Positions 1 through 13,505 of a stretch of DNA of 64,000 nt are shown one piece after another. Where the stretch lies: contig OX597834.1 in assembly GCA_951406725.2 (NCBI GenBank), positions 14,818,001-14,882,000 on the forward strand, read 5' to 3'. The notes under the pieces are model-generated. The model saw only the letters and a program-made list of their open reading frames with translations, was not told where the DNA came from and made no database searches. The first letter of the stretch is position 1. Each line of letters opens with the position of its first letter. Origin of the DNA: Octopus vulgaris (lineage: Eukaryota). A program made the position numbers and the translations under genes.

Positions 1-274
1 GAGAAGACACGAAATAGTCAAACAGTGAGAGAGAGCGAGAGACAGAGAGAAAGTGAGAGAGAAGGAGGGAGGGTGAGAGGCAAAGATTAAAGTTATAGGA
101 AGCCAATGGGAAGTATCGCAATAAAATAAGTGTAAGAGGAAGAGATAAGCGGTGCTGGGTACGTTTACAGATACCAAGACAATGGGTATTCAGAAAAGAT
201 GGGTCTCTGCGAAAAACATTATTACAAATGCATACACAGATCCACACGCGCCCCACATACAATCATCCGCACGT

Positions 275-790
<516 letters not shown>

Positions 791-969
791 AACCAGCGAT
801 GTATTTGTGTTCTTCTCGATCCAATTAGCGATAATAATGCACCATTGGCATTGTGATATAATTTTAATGATAGACAATTAAGGCAGAAAATGATAGGATA
901 ATGTTTGTTTATTTTACACGTGACAGAGCGCAAACCTAAACACACACACACGCACACGCACAAACACAT

Positions 970-1000
<31 letters not shown>

Positions 1001-1047
1001 CATACATAAAACTATCTATCTATCAATATCTCTCTATCACTCTCTCA

Positions 1048-1093
<46 letters not shown>

Positions 1094-1379
1094 GCATATG
1101 TGTATATTTATAATTACACATATGATTATATACGTGTATATATAAATATATGTATGTATATATAATCATTGTTTTAACGGCAAACTGATAATTATTTAAT
1201 TAAATTTGACAGTTCTCGAGAAGTGAACTCCGTAATAAAATTCCCCACATACGGTTCACTATGTCTTTATTGTTTATACATACACACAAACATACACAAG
1301 CGCATGCGCACACTCACTTGCGCGTATGCATACATACAAGGATCTCATCTATAAATGTTTGCATGTATCTCTCTCTCTT

Positions 1380-1429
<50 letters not shown>

Positions 1430-1446
1430 CATACATATATAGACAT

Positions 1447-1830
1447 AGAAGTGACTGTGTGGTAAATAGCTTGCTTACCAACCATATGGCTCCGGGTTCA
1501 GTCCCACTGCGTGGCATCTTGGGCAAGTGTCTTCTATTATAGCCTCGGGCCGACCAAAACCTTGTGAGTGGATTTGGTTGACGGAAACTGAAAGAAGCTT
1601 GTCGGATATGTATATATATATTTGTGTGTCTGTGTTTATCTCCCCGACATCACTTAACAACCGATGCTGGTGTGTTTATGTCCCCGTCACTTAGCGGTTC
1701 GGCAAGAGAGACCGCTATTACAAGTACCAGGTTTACAAAGAGTAAGTCCTAGAGTCGATTTCCTCGACTAAAGGCGGTGCTCCAGCATGGCCGCAGTCAA
1801 ATGACTGAAAAAGATAAAAGATAAAAATAG
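1447..1830 (+). mobile_element. tRNA-derived SINE, family A (CORE-like)
   Basis: A-box-like TGACTGTGTGG, B-box-like GGTTCAGTCCC, CORE-like CTTGGGCAAGTGTCTT, internal (TA)/(TG) tract, tail GGCGGTGCTCCAGCATGGCCGCAGTCAAATGACTGAAA. About 10 copies in the window. Confidence 0.85.
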
Positions 1831-1861
1831 AAGAAAGATAAAGATATAAAGAATATGAGGG

Positions 1862-2470
1862 TTTGTGATCTAAACGAATTAAGTAGGCTGAGTAAGGGAC
1901 ATAGTTGTTCGCCCTTTAGATACTAATTTCACAGCTGAGGCTGAATCTAGGGATCCGTATTAGGGTTCCGTTATAGTGGGTATATATTATACTAAATAGG
2001 AGGCGCAATGGCCCACTGGTTAGGTTAGCGGACTCGCGGTCATAGGATCGCGGTTTCGATTCCCACACCGGGCGTTGTGAGTGTTTATTGAGCGAAAACA
2101 CCTAAAGCTCCACGAAGCTCCGGCAGGAGATGGTGGTGGTCCCTGCTGTACTCTTTCACCACAACTTTCTCTCACTCTTACTTCCTGTTTCTGTTGTACC
2201 TGTATTTCAAAGGGCCGGCCTTGTCACTCTCTGTGTCACGCTGAATATCCCCGAGAACTACGTTAAGGGTACACGTGTCTGTGGAGTGCTGAGCCACTTA
2301 CACGTTAATTTCACGAGCAGGCTGTTCCGTTGATTCGGATCAACCGGAACCCTCGTCGTCGTAACCGACGGAGTGCTTCCGTATATATACTAAATGAAAA
2401 AGCAAAACCAAAGCAGAACGAGTATCTCAAGTCATTTAGAATAAATTTACTTTGGGTTAGGTGAATTTGA
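1862..2470 (+). repeat. Unclassified interspersed repeat (family C), split by a family D SINE
   Basis: 1862-1997 plus 2386-2470 align to the uninterrupted copy at ~42718-42926 (TTGTGATCTAAACGA..CACAGCTGAGGCTG..ACGAGTATCTCA). Confidence 0.7.
1999..2380 (+). mobile_element. tRNA(Arg)-like SINE, family D, full length
   Basis: Head GGAGGCGCAATGGCCCA.TGGTTAG..GGTTTCGATTCCC, stem-loop tail CGTCGTAACCGACG, 10-bp TSD TATACTAAAT (1988-1997 / 2386-2395). Confidence 0.9.
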
Positions 2471-3556
2471 AATCTAACAGACGATTCTGGGATAATCCAA
2501 GTGGTAGGTATACATGTTCATGCACTGGACATTCCGTCATTAGAGACAAGATATGAATATTTTAGACGGCAAAAATTACAGTTTACTAGGAATAAAATAG
2601 ATTCACAGTTTATGAGGAATAAAGTAGAAGAATAAAGGTTAAACCTAGATTACAAGCGGAAGAATAACGGTTGCAACTCATCTTTTTCTAGAGGATATGA
2701 ATGTTGGTGGGTACTTCCATGAAGGTACAGGTCCTTAGTTAAATTCCTAGGTAATTAAAGGCGGTATTTTGGCAGAATTTTGAATGATGTATTCATATTA
2801 GAATGATAGATATTATGTAAATATGTATATAGAGTGAGAAAGAAAGACATAAATGGGTTTTGTGAGTGGGTGTATATGGGAGAGAGAGGAGAAAGAGAGG
2901 GTGACGAAGGGAATAAAGGCAATAGGTAAACATTAAACTAAAAACCTAATGATAGATATTTGTCATCATTGCTTTGGGTTGAGGGGTCAAACGTTAAAGT
3001 TTCGGCAAAGAGGGGACATGGGGTGGCGAGCAATCTAGGTAAGGTCACAAAGGACAATAGTCAAAATTATATTTCATGTTTGGTAGTAATTGAATGATAC
3101 GATATAGAGGATTAAGTTAGAACAAAGATTAAATCTTGAAGCCTAAACTTAAAATTAAAATCTAAAAAAACGAAAACCTACAAACTACAAAAAACTAAAA
3201 ATGATTGAATTGAAACCATCTACGTTCTCAGATATTTATGTTGATACAGAGGTAGAGGAAAAGAAAATGAAGTAAAACTAAAAAAGGAAAAAATGTATAC
3301 TCAGACACATATACACACACTCACACACACACACACATATATATATATAAACACACGCACAAATAAGCATCCATATAAACCGTACACATATACATACGTA
3401 CTTTTAAACACACAAATATATGCATATATATATTGTAACGACCGTGGATGGATATGTTATGTGTGTTGATTTTGTCTACATTTGGACTGATCGAAGAATT
3501 TAATAGTGCGATAGAACCTATGGCCGCATGCAGAAAAAGTTTCGTTTTGTGTATTT

Positions 3557-3999
3557 AGTAATTGCGATGAATTATGTGTTAAAATTTGGAGGACTTCTTT
3601 TATACATAGCCCACAAGTGGATCGCTGACCTTTGTATGGGACCTTTGTATGGGACCCCGGAATCTAATGTGTCCCAGAAATATTTCTTCCTAATCGAAGA
3701 ATCAAATTCACCGAAGAAAATGAATGAGGTAGCGAGACACTGTAAACACATTTATTAAAAGTTTTTCTTTTTTTTTCAATAGCAGACATCCAATATTTTT
3801 TATATAAACTATCCGATTATGGGGATAAAATTTTCAGGTTACCATAGTGTAATAACGGTCATCTCATTTTTACCACCTTGGAAATCAATCAACACAAACT
3901 ACGTATCGATCTCCTTCAGCTGATTTTCCACTAAATACAACATTATGCCCTGAATCTCAACAACTTAGTCATGCAGACAATAAATGAAGAAGAAATCTA
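3557..3999 (+). repeat. Left arm of ~450-bp inverted repeat
   Basis: Reverse complement of 4903-5358. Confidence 0.95.
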
Positions 4000-4069
4000 T
4001 ATGTTATTTGTAACAGAGATATCATCAAACTCACTGGACGTGTATTTGCGTTAAAGTGAAAGAATTTAA

Positions 4070-4289
4070 CTCTTTAGCGTTCAGATTGCTCTGTCAAATA
4101 TAAATGCTTATTTATTCCATTGTTTTGAATTTATTCTGCGTTATCAGGTGACCTTGATATATCGAAGGTGTGATGGTTTATGTTCAAAATTACGTTCCAA
4201 GGTAGGTGTGAGATGTGAAATACGGCCAATTTGAAGATAAAGCAAGTAGAATATTTTTGCCGGATATGGTCGGATTAAGCACATAAGGG
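4070..4289. mobile_element. TTAA-flanked MITE (piggyBac-like), degenerate
   Basis: TTAA at 4066-4069 and 4290-4293; ends CTCTTTAGC... and ...TAAGGG form degenerate CCCTT-type TIRs. Confidence 0.6.
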
Positions 4290-4356
4290 TTAAGGAGCGA
4301 GTACAAAGAGTTTACAAGATATATTGCATGCAAAATCTTTCGGTGACAAATCCAAA

Positions 4357-4874
4357 TCTATATATATATAAAACTCAACTTGTGTGTCTGTGTGTATATA
4401 TGTGTGTGAGTCTGTGTGTTTAACTTCTCGGCACATCTCCTCCTAGGCAACAAATCATAAAACCACCAAAAATGGGTCACTTAAAGTTTAGGCGAATGAA
4501 AATTGAACTGCGCTATTTCTGTTCCGAAATTCATCTCGCAAGTGCAAAAATCGATTATGTGTTTGTTTAGGCCTTATCCCATGCATTGAATAGTGAACTT
4601 TACTCAGTCAGCTGTTTGACGTGAACTGTGTTCCTCACACCTGCAAGCATGCGTAAATTGCATGAAAAAAAAAAAATCAAGATATAAAAACGAATCGCCG
4701 TAAACATTGTAGAAATTCGGCAAAGAAATGAATTTTCGAGATGTAGCCTGGAGGGTTTTTTTTTTTTTCGTATTAATCGTTTTGACTTTTTGAACACATA
4801 CCAATTGTTTTCATAACATTTTTAACGCTTTGAATTAAATGTGACCATTTTGAAAAGCCGGGCAATACTGCTAG
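4357..4874 (+). mobile_element. Non-autonomous Helitron
   Basis: A|TCTATATATATATAAAA start, GCCGGGCAATACTGCTAG|T end, inserted between A and T with no TSD. Confidence 0.8.
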
Positions 4875-4902
4875 TTTATATATTTGAGTATATATGCGCA
4901 AG

Positions 4903-5358
4903 TAGATTTCTTCTTCATTTATTGTCTGCATGACTAAGTTGTTGAGATTCAGGGCATAATGTTGTATTTAGTGGAAAATCAGCTGAAGGAGATCGATACG
5001 TAGTTTGTGTTGATTGATTTCCAAGGTGGTCAAAATGAGATGACCGTTATTACACTATGGTAACCTGAAAATTTTATCCCCATAATCGGATAGTTTATAT
5101 AAAAAATATTGGATGTCTGTTATTGAAAAAAAAAAACTTTTAATAAATGTGTTTACGGTGTCTCGCCGCTACCTCATTCATTTTCTTCGGTGAATTTGAT
5201 TCTTCGATTAGGAAGAAATATTTCTGGGCCACATTTGATTCCGGGGTTCCATACAAAGGCTCCATACAAAGGTTCCATACAAAGGTCAGCGATCCAATTG
5301 TGGGCTATGTATAAAAAAAAGTTCTCCCAATTTTAACACATAATTCTTCGCAATTACT
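4903..5358 (-). repeat. Right arm of ~450-bp inverted repeat
   Basis: Reverse complement of 3557-3999; carries one extra copy of a 13-bp internal unit (CCATACAAAGG..). Confidence 0.95.
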
Positions 5359-5926
5359 CTTTACGATATCCAAAAACTAATTTTGTGGAATGTGGATATA
5401 GGCATGATACATCAATCTCTTTTCCACTTTACCACTTCATGTCAAACTTCGGACAATTTCTTCCACAATAAAATACTAAGTGAGATAGTGAAGAGGAAAA
5501 GACGAGGCAGGATAAGAATGAGAAAAAAGATAGACTTGTGCACAATACCAAAGCTGTAATTTCTTTACCTACTATGTAGAAATGGAAGCAAAATGAACGC
5601 CGAAAAGATCTATATTCACTGAAGATAGCAAAGACAAATAACGATAGACATTTTGCAGTATAAATATATTTTCTTTCTCCATTAAGTAAAAGCGTTTCCC
5701 AATAGTCTATAGTTTCAAACACAATTAATATTTATCTCTATATAAGTCAACATAAATCATCTCACACCATTTTCTGTGATTGCATAACAAGTTATAAATA
5801 TTATTATATAATGCTTATTAGTTCCATCTACGCTAAGATGATGTTGCATTTCAAGTCTAACACACGAATACTAGTAATCATGATTACAAGAATTACACGC
5901 TAGCATATATATAAATTTACACAGAC

Positions 5927-5981
<55 letters not shown>

Positions 5982-6097
5982 GCACACACATGTATACACA
6001 TGAAAATGTGTATATATATATATATATACCTGTCTGTATAAATTATATATATATATACATAAATATATATACCATGCACACATTTATACACATGAAA

Positions 6098-6136
<39 letters not shown>

Positions 6137-6711
6137 AAAAGAGAAAATACAAGCACGTGCACATACATGTATGAACATACACAAAATCACACACACTCAT
6201 GCACATACACTCACTTACACAAACACACACACACATATTCCCATACATATGTATATAATCTTGATGATCTACATTTCACGTACTTACTGTTTGCATATGC
6301 GTGTGTATGCATACATACATACATATATATATATACACACACACATGTTTGTGTGGATCTGTATGTACAAATACGTATATAATTCTGTATGTATGTATGT
6401 ATGTATGTATGTATACACATATATCCAGAAGGACTCGATAACGCAATGCAGATAACAGGCACTTATATAGAAATCAGTTTACCCAAGAACTTTAACATTA
6501 AGAGAATGCCATCCAAACCAGTAGGAGAATTACAGATAACACCCAATTATATTAAAAATGTATTTGAAAGTTTTAGCGTCATCTTAATTAGAAACACTTC
6601 GATTTCACATATTTAATTAAGAAATTCCGAAATAGACTTAGTTACTGGTTGACAAGCCAGTAATGTTACTTGCTGAAAGTAAGAGTACTGTTTTGTATGG
6701 TGAAGAGACGT

Positions 6712-7075
6712 GGCACTCTGTTGGTTGCGACGACGTAGCTTCCAGTTGATGCGCTCAACGGAGAAGCCTGCTTATGAAATTAACGAGCAAGTGAGTGAGC
6801 ACTACACAGACACGTGTACCCTTGACGTAGTTCTCGGGGAGATTCAGCGTGACATAGTGTGTGACAAGGCTGACCCCTTTGAGAAACAGGAAGAAAGAGT
6901 GAGAAAAAGCTGTGGTGAAGAAGTACAGCAGGGTCCGCCACCACCCCCTGTCGGTGTCTCGTGGAGCTTTAGGGGCTTTCGCTCAATAAACTCTCACAAT
7001 GCCCGGTTTTGGAATCGAAACTTCAGTCCTACGACCTCGAGTCCGCTGCCCTAACCACTGGGCCATTGCGCCTCC
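6712..7075 (-). mobile_element. Family D SINE
   Basis: Diverged reverse-complement match to 1999-2380; possible 9-bp TSD ATG(G/C)TGAAG. Confidence 0.85.
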
Positions 7076-7550
7076 ACATGCTGAAGTGTTCGCTTTACAC
7101 GATAGTTGAATACTTCTAATATAGTGCCCATGCAATATTTCGGATAATAAACTGGATAACCTATATATTGACATGGCTTCAATAATTCTGGTGGTGTTAC
7201 GCCACATGGAGATCCTATGTCTGAGAGATGAACTTCTGTATACTTTGATACTTTGATACTTTGATACTTTGATAGATTTCGGCCATTATTGGCCCAAGCC
7301 ATGTCTAACTTAATGTATAAGACATAGTTATCAGACTCAGTATTAAGAACATATAAATCTGCGAACCGGTAGAATCTTGAGATAAGTGTTTAGTGATATT
7401 TCTTCCGATTTTAGATTCCGCGTTCGATTTCCACTGGAGTGAAGTCGATCTCTCAACCTTTTGGGGACGATAGAATAATTAGCAGTTAAACAATGGAATT
7501 ATTGTAATCGACTTATCCCCTGCCCTGGAATTGCTGGCTAGTTAATTAGT

Positions 7551-7614
7551 TAGATAGATAGGTAGATAGATAGATAGATAGATACATACATACATACATA
7601 CATTGTTAGATAGT

Positions 7615-7691
<77 letters not shown>
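7551..7691. repeat. (GATA)n/(CATA)n microsatellite
   Basis: Direct reading. Confidence 0.95.
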
Positions 7692-7692
<1 letters not shown>

Positions 7693-7904
7693 TATCTTCT
7701 CTGTGAACTGGTCCATTTTCCTGTTGTTCTGAAAATAGATTTAACCAATGCTCCTTGGATAGAGATTTGTATCAACTCTTATTTCATACCTCACATTAAG
7801 TTCATTAGCTAACCTATTTATGACATTGGTTTCGTGGTCACTAATTTGGACAAGATTTTTACTGGTGTCTTTCTTCTCCTGCAGGCGTATGTGTATGTAC
7901 GAGT

Positions 7905-8228
7905 GAGGGCACGTGGCTTAGTGGTTAGCTTACGGCTCATGATCGTAAGGTTGTGAGTTCGATTCCCGGCGACGTGTTCTGTCCTTGAGCAAGACACTTT
8001 TTTTCACGTTGCTCCAGTTAACTCAGCTGGCAAAAATGAGTAGTATCTGTATTTCAAAAAAGGGTCGTCCTTTTCCCACTCTGTGCCACATTGAATCTCC
8101 TTGCGAACTACGTTAAGGGTACACGTGTCTGTGCAATGCTCAGCCACTTGTACGTTAATTTCACGAGCAAGCTGTTCCGTTTATCGTATCAGCTGGGACC
8201 CTCGTCGTCGTAACCGACGGAATGCTCC
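7905..8228 (+). mobile_element. CORE-type tRNA SINE carrying the family D 3' tail
   Basis: A box TGGCTTAGTGG, B box GAGTTCGATTCC, CORE-like GTCCTTGAGCAAGACACTT..CTCAGCTGGCAAAAATGAGTA, then the same tail as 2200-2380. Confidence 0.8.
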
Positions 8229-8514
8229 ATGTATGTACGTACATATGTATGAATGTATGTATGTAGAGAAGCGTAGACTTTCGAATCGGTGACTTACTGG
8301 CCTTATCAGCTTCAACAACAATGACTATTTGTCCATTAGTAGGCAAAAAAACAAAAAAAAAACGTGATGCTGATCAGGTTGTTCAACTCCTTCTACGATT
8401 CCATCTCAAAAATGTATTTGTAACAGCTTCGAATTTGTAGTTCCTACCGTTAATGATACCATCTTCAAATATATCTGATAATGATTTTATTAGATACAAT
8501 TTTTAGCAAAACAC

Positions 8515-8996
8515 CAGTATCATCGCCATCTTCACCATCATCACCATCATCACTACTGTATCCATTACCTTCACCATCGTCGTCGTCATCATCGTCATCC
8601 ACATCATTATCTGGTCGCCGTCAACATTGTCGACGCCGTCATCATCAAAGTCATGGTTGTCAAGATCTTCATCATCCACCCCTTCCACCTCCATCACCAC
8701 CTCATCGCCTTCTTCCTCCTCCTCCTTATCACCATCATCATCCTCGTGTTCTTGTTTTGTTTTTATATTCCTTTTCTTGTTTTTCTTCTCTTTTTTCTTC
8801 TTCCTCGTCTTCTTTTTCTCCTTTGTCCTTCTTCTCCCCGCTTCTCCTCTTTCTTCGCTTTTTCCTAATTCATCATCATCGTACTTCTTCATCATCAACA
8901 ACACCATCTTCCTCCTATTCTTCTTCTTTCATCTCCTGCTCCCACTCCTCTTCTTCCTCCTCTTTGTCCATCTTTTCCTTCTGCATCATCATCATC

Positions 8997-9093
<97 letters not shown>

Positions 9094-9106
9094 CCATCAT
9101 CATCAC

Positions 9107-9144
<38 letters not shown>

Positions 9145-9165
9145 CCATCATTATCAGCATCATTT
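8515..9165. repeat. Degenerate to pure (CAT)n / (CTT)n trinucleotide tract
   Basis: Near-pure (CAT)n at ~8983-9150; the source of the poly-H/I/D/M ORFs. Confidence 0.9.
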
Positions 9166-9487
9166 ACCATGACATTTCGCATCATTAATTAATATAATTT
9201 ACATCATGACATTTATTATCAGTAAATTTACTACTTCAGTTTTTTTCCAACAACCTCACAACTATCATAATTTTAAATGTTTTTTATCAACTGTTTTTTT
9301 TTTATGTTCTGTTTCATCATTAACGTTAGATTAATTTTTATGATACACAGTGCGGGCATCTTGTATCTGCAACATAATCTCTGTGGATGCTGAGTGTTGT
9401 TGGTCTTGGTCGAGGTGATGCTGTTGTTGTCTTTGTTGTTGTTGTTGTTGTTGTTGTTATTATTATATTATAATTATTATTATTATA

Positions 9488-9553
<66 letters not shown>

Positions 9554-9582
9554 ACTATTATCATCATCATTATTATTATTAA

Positions 9583-9850
9583 AGCAGAGAGTTGGCAGAA
9601 TTATTATTATTATATCAGAGAGTTGGCATTATTATTATTAAAGCAAAGAGTTCGCCCGGGACGGGCGAAATACTTAGCGGTGTTTTGCCCGGTCTCTACT
9701 TTCTGAGTTCAAATTCCACCGAGGTGTATTTTGCTTTTTATCCCGTCGGGGTCGATAAATTAATTACTAGTGAAACTGCTGGAGGCGATGTAATCGACTA
9801 GTTCCTTCCCCACAAATCTGAGGCATTGTACCTTTAGCAAAATGGATTAT
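9583..9850 (+). mobile_element. Family B SINE, old copy inside (ATT)n
   Basis: GAGTTCAAATTCCACCGAGG..TATCCCGTCGGGGTCGATAAATT; flanked by (ATT)n on both sides. Confidence 0.7.
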
Positions 9851-9852
9851 CC

Positions 9853-9911
<59 letters not shown>

Positions 9912-9937
9912 TATTATTATTATTATTATTACTATCA

Positions 9938-10150
9938 AGGAGATGAACTGACAGAAACGTTAATACGCCGGGCAACATGCTTGCCGGAATTTCGTCCGTC
10001 TTTACGTTCTGAGGTCCAATATCGGACCAGGTTAACTTTGCCTTTCATCATTTATGGGTCGATAAAATAAGTACCAGAAAAGCATTGGTGTCAACGTAAT
10101 CGACTTAGCCCCTGTCCCGAAACAGCTGGCCTTGTGCCAAAATTTGAAAC
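9938..10150 (+). mobile_element. Family B SINE, old copy inside (ATT)n
   Basis: CTTTGCCTTTCATCATTTATGGGTCGATAAAATAAGTACCAG central domain; (ATT)n on both sides. Confidence 0.75.
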
Positions 10151-10153
10151 TAC

Positions 10154-10192
<39 letters not shown>

Positions 10193-10222
10193 AAGGATTG
10201 AGATAACACCTCCAGAATATAT

Positions 10223-10374
10223 AGTAAAAGTTAAAAGAAGATTGCTATTGTCATCTAGCGAATGATATTTCGACATCTTGTGTGTCTTCAACAGGTTGAA
10301 CCTGTTGAAGACACACAAGAATGTCAAAATATCGTTCACTAAATGAGAATAGCACTCTCCTTTTAATGTTGACT
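10223..10374. repeat. ~150-bp fold-back palindrome
   Basis: Perfect 22-bp arms 10276-10297 / 10299-10320 around a single G; imperfect pairing continues ~50 bp further out. Confidence 0.9.
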
Positions 10375-10485
10375 TAATATTATTATTATTATCATTATTA
10401 AGGCGTTTTACAATACCTCCGGTACCCGAGTACTAGTTTTGCCACCTTGTTTCGCATTTATGTGCTTACTCTTGTATAGATATTA

Positions 10486-10718
10486 TTTTATTCTTTTACT
10501 TGTGTCAGTTATTTGACTGTGGCCATGCTGGAGCACCGCCTTTTAGTCGAGCAAATCGACCCCCAGAGACTTATTCTTTGTAAGCCTAGTACTTATTATA
10601 TTTGCTTAACCGCTAAGTTACGGAAACGTAAACACACCAGCATCGGTTGCCAAGAGATGTTGGGGAGGGAGGGGGGACAAACACAGACACACGCACACAC
10701 ACGCACACACAAACACAA

Positions 10719-10757
<39 letters not shown>

Positions 10758-10899
10758 AATATATACATATATACAACGGGCTTCTTTCATTTTCCGTCTA
10801 CCAAATCCACTCACAAGACTTTGGTCGGCTCGAGTCTATAGCAGAAGACACCTGCCGAAGATCCCACGCAGTGGGACTAAACCCACAACCATGTGGTTG

Positions 10900-10903
<4 letters not shown>
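10486..10903 (-). mobile_element. Family A SINE
   Basis: Reverse-complement match to family A. Confidence 0.85.
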
Positions 10904-10934
<31 letters not shown>

Positions 10935-11154
10935 CAAGTTTACAGAATCACATTTCGAAAACATGTGTCGGAACAACAAGCAGGTGTGTTAGTTTAACGC
11001 TCACGAAGAATGGAAAAGTCTTTTACGTTTCGAGTCTACGCTCTTAGACAGGGGGGATTAGGGAGGGAAAAAAGGAGAGAGAATGAAAAAAAAAAAGAAC
11101 GGAGAAACGAGAAGATGTAGAGAGTATATATATCCGATGAGCTTCTTTCAAATT

Positions 11155-11389
11155 CCTATTTCTTTACTACCCACAAGGGGCTAAACACAGTGGGGACAAA
11201 CAAGGACAGACACACGGATTAAGTCGATTATATCGACCCCAGTGCGTAACTGGTACTTATTTAATCGACCCCGAAAGGATGAAAGGCAAAGTCAACCTCG
11301 GCGGAATTTGAACTCAGAACGTAACGGCAGACGAAATGCGAGTACGCATTTCGCCCGGCGTGCTAACGATTCTGCCAGCTCGCCGCCTT
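11155..11389 (-). mobile_element. Family B SINE (Meta-domain-like), monomer with 39-bp TSD
   Basis: Head GGCGGCGAGCTGGCAGAATCG, B box GAGTTCAAATTCC; identical flanks 11118-11156 and 11392-11430. Confidence 0.9.
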
Positions 11390-11399
11390 ACTAGAGAGT

Positions 11400-11570
11400 A
11401 TATATATCCGATGAGCTTCTTTCAAATTCCGTCAATCAAATCCACTTCACAAGGTTGCAGTTGGACCGAGGTAAAAACAGAAGACACGATTCGAAGGTAC
11501 CATGCAGCAGAACTGAACCCGAAACCATGATGCTGGAAAGCAAACATCCTACCACACCGTCACGCCTGCA
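11400..11570 (-). mobile_element. Old family A SINE head (the target of the B insertion)
   Basis: Degenerate match CTTCTTTCA..ATCCACT..CAAGG..GAACCC..AACCATG..ACCACAC. Confidence 0.65.
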
Positions 11571-12161
11571 TCTACAGAACAATCTTTAACGACTATAATA
11601 TGCACGTAAAGTCAAGAACAATATATTATATATATATATTACCGCCATCGTTACGATGTTCCATAATTCAGAAACTAACAAGGATTGCAAGTGCTAACCA
11701 CGTATTGGATTTGGTACCAGAAGTGTTAAATTATAAACGAGATCGTGTAACACCCGTTCTAAGTCGAAGCTATACGTTTCGTTTAACTTTGGCATTAATT
11801 TAACCCACAGAAATGTAATATCATTCATATAGATAATTAGCAGTCTGTCAGCGTGATGAGCAGACTGTCAGCGTGAGAGGCTATTTGTCAGCGTGAGCGC
11901 GTGTGTCGGAGTAATTGTTGATAGCAGGTAATTGGATTGTGTAATTGTGTATTGTAATTAACTAATTACAGTCCATCGGTTTGTTGGTTGATCGCTCAGC
12001 AGCCATGTTTGCCGATCAACTGATGAAAATCTAACTGTCTATCTCTGTGTGTCTGATTGGGTATAAAACTATTGATCGGTATCTGCTCTTATGGTGTAGT
12101 CTCTGAAAGTGCATGTACATATGCCTACATGCATATATATGTATGTATATGTACATATCTT

Positions 12162-12222
<61 letters not shown>

Positions 12223-12240
12223 ATGTGTATATATATCTCT

Positions 12241-12647
12241 TTTCTCATTTACTTGTTTCAGTCACTTGACTGCGGCCATGCTGGAGCACCGCCTTTAGTC
12301 GGGCAAATCGATCCAGGGACTTATTCTTTTGTAAGCCCAGTACTTATTCTATCGGACTCTTTTGCCGAACCGCTAAGTAACGGGGACATAAACACACCAG
12401 CATCGATTGTCAACCAATGTCAGGGGGACAAAGACAGACACACAAACACATACTCACACACACACACATATATATATATACATACATATATATGACAGGC
12501 TTATTCCAGTTTCCGTCTACCAAATCCACTCACAAGGCATTGGTTGGCCCGGGGCTATAGCAGAAGACACTTGCCCAAGATGCCATGCAGTGGGACTGAA
12601 CCCGGAACCATGTGGATGGTTAGCAAGCTACTTACCACACAGCCACT
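12241..12647 (-). mobile_element. Family A SINE
   Basis: Reverse-complement match to family A. Confidence 0.9.
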
Positions 12648-12663
12648 ATATTTATATATATAT

Positions 12664-12725
<62 letters not shown>

Positions 12726-12739
12726 ACATACATACATAA

Positions 12740-12771
<32 letters not shown>

Positions 12772-13384
12772 GAAAAGAGAGAAGAGAGGGAGATTTATAC
12801 ATATATATATATGCATATGTGTGTGTATGTGTGTGTGGGTGTGCGTACGTATAGTCGTGAATCGAAGCCGAATTATCGTTCTTGAATTCTATTATAATTT
12901 TAATTCCATTTCGTTTCGCATATAATTTGAGAACTATTTATATCTAAATATTTCACTCTTTATACGCTGTACGCACTAACAAACGCACACACGCACCCAC
13001 CCATACGCACACACCACGCATGGAAATATATATGTATATATATATGCGTGTGTGTGTGAGTGTGTGTGAGTGTGTATTTATGTATGTATGTATGTCATTG
13101 TTCAGTTTCATTTCAAGATTGCTTGCCAATGGAGAAAGAGACGGTTTCTAACCTAGATTCAAAGCTCCTTCATTGAAATTTCAACATCAACCACCGGGTA
13201 TTTTTCTTTCTATGCACGTATGTATTCTCATGCATATAGTTGCATATGTAGACATACTCATATATATTTCAATGATAATCTTCTGGAAGGTGTTACAGAT
13301 TTATATAGTTCTGGTGATGGATTGGTTCTGTATGTATGAATGCAAGAATGTATGTATATGAGTAGAAAAATAATATACACACTC

Positions 13385-13428
<44 letters not shown>

Positions 13429-13453
13429 GTATGTATATATGTATGTATGTACG

Positions 13454-13505
<52 letters not shown>

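Noticed and set aside
1999-2075. tRNA-Arg-like sequence as a tRNA gene
   Set aside because: It has A/B boxes but no proper acceptor stem, and continues into a multi-copy SINE body with a TSD.
7866-7892. Strong 3' splice acceptor TCTTTCTTCTCCTGCAG
   Set aside because: It is followed almost immediately by GTATGT and a SINE, giving no plausible exon; isolated acceptors (also ~16428, ~59635) are expected by chance.
8481-9188. Poly-His/Ile/Asp/Met ORFs
   Set aside because: A (CAT)n tract open in several frames, with no domain or gene structure.
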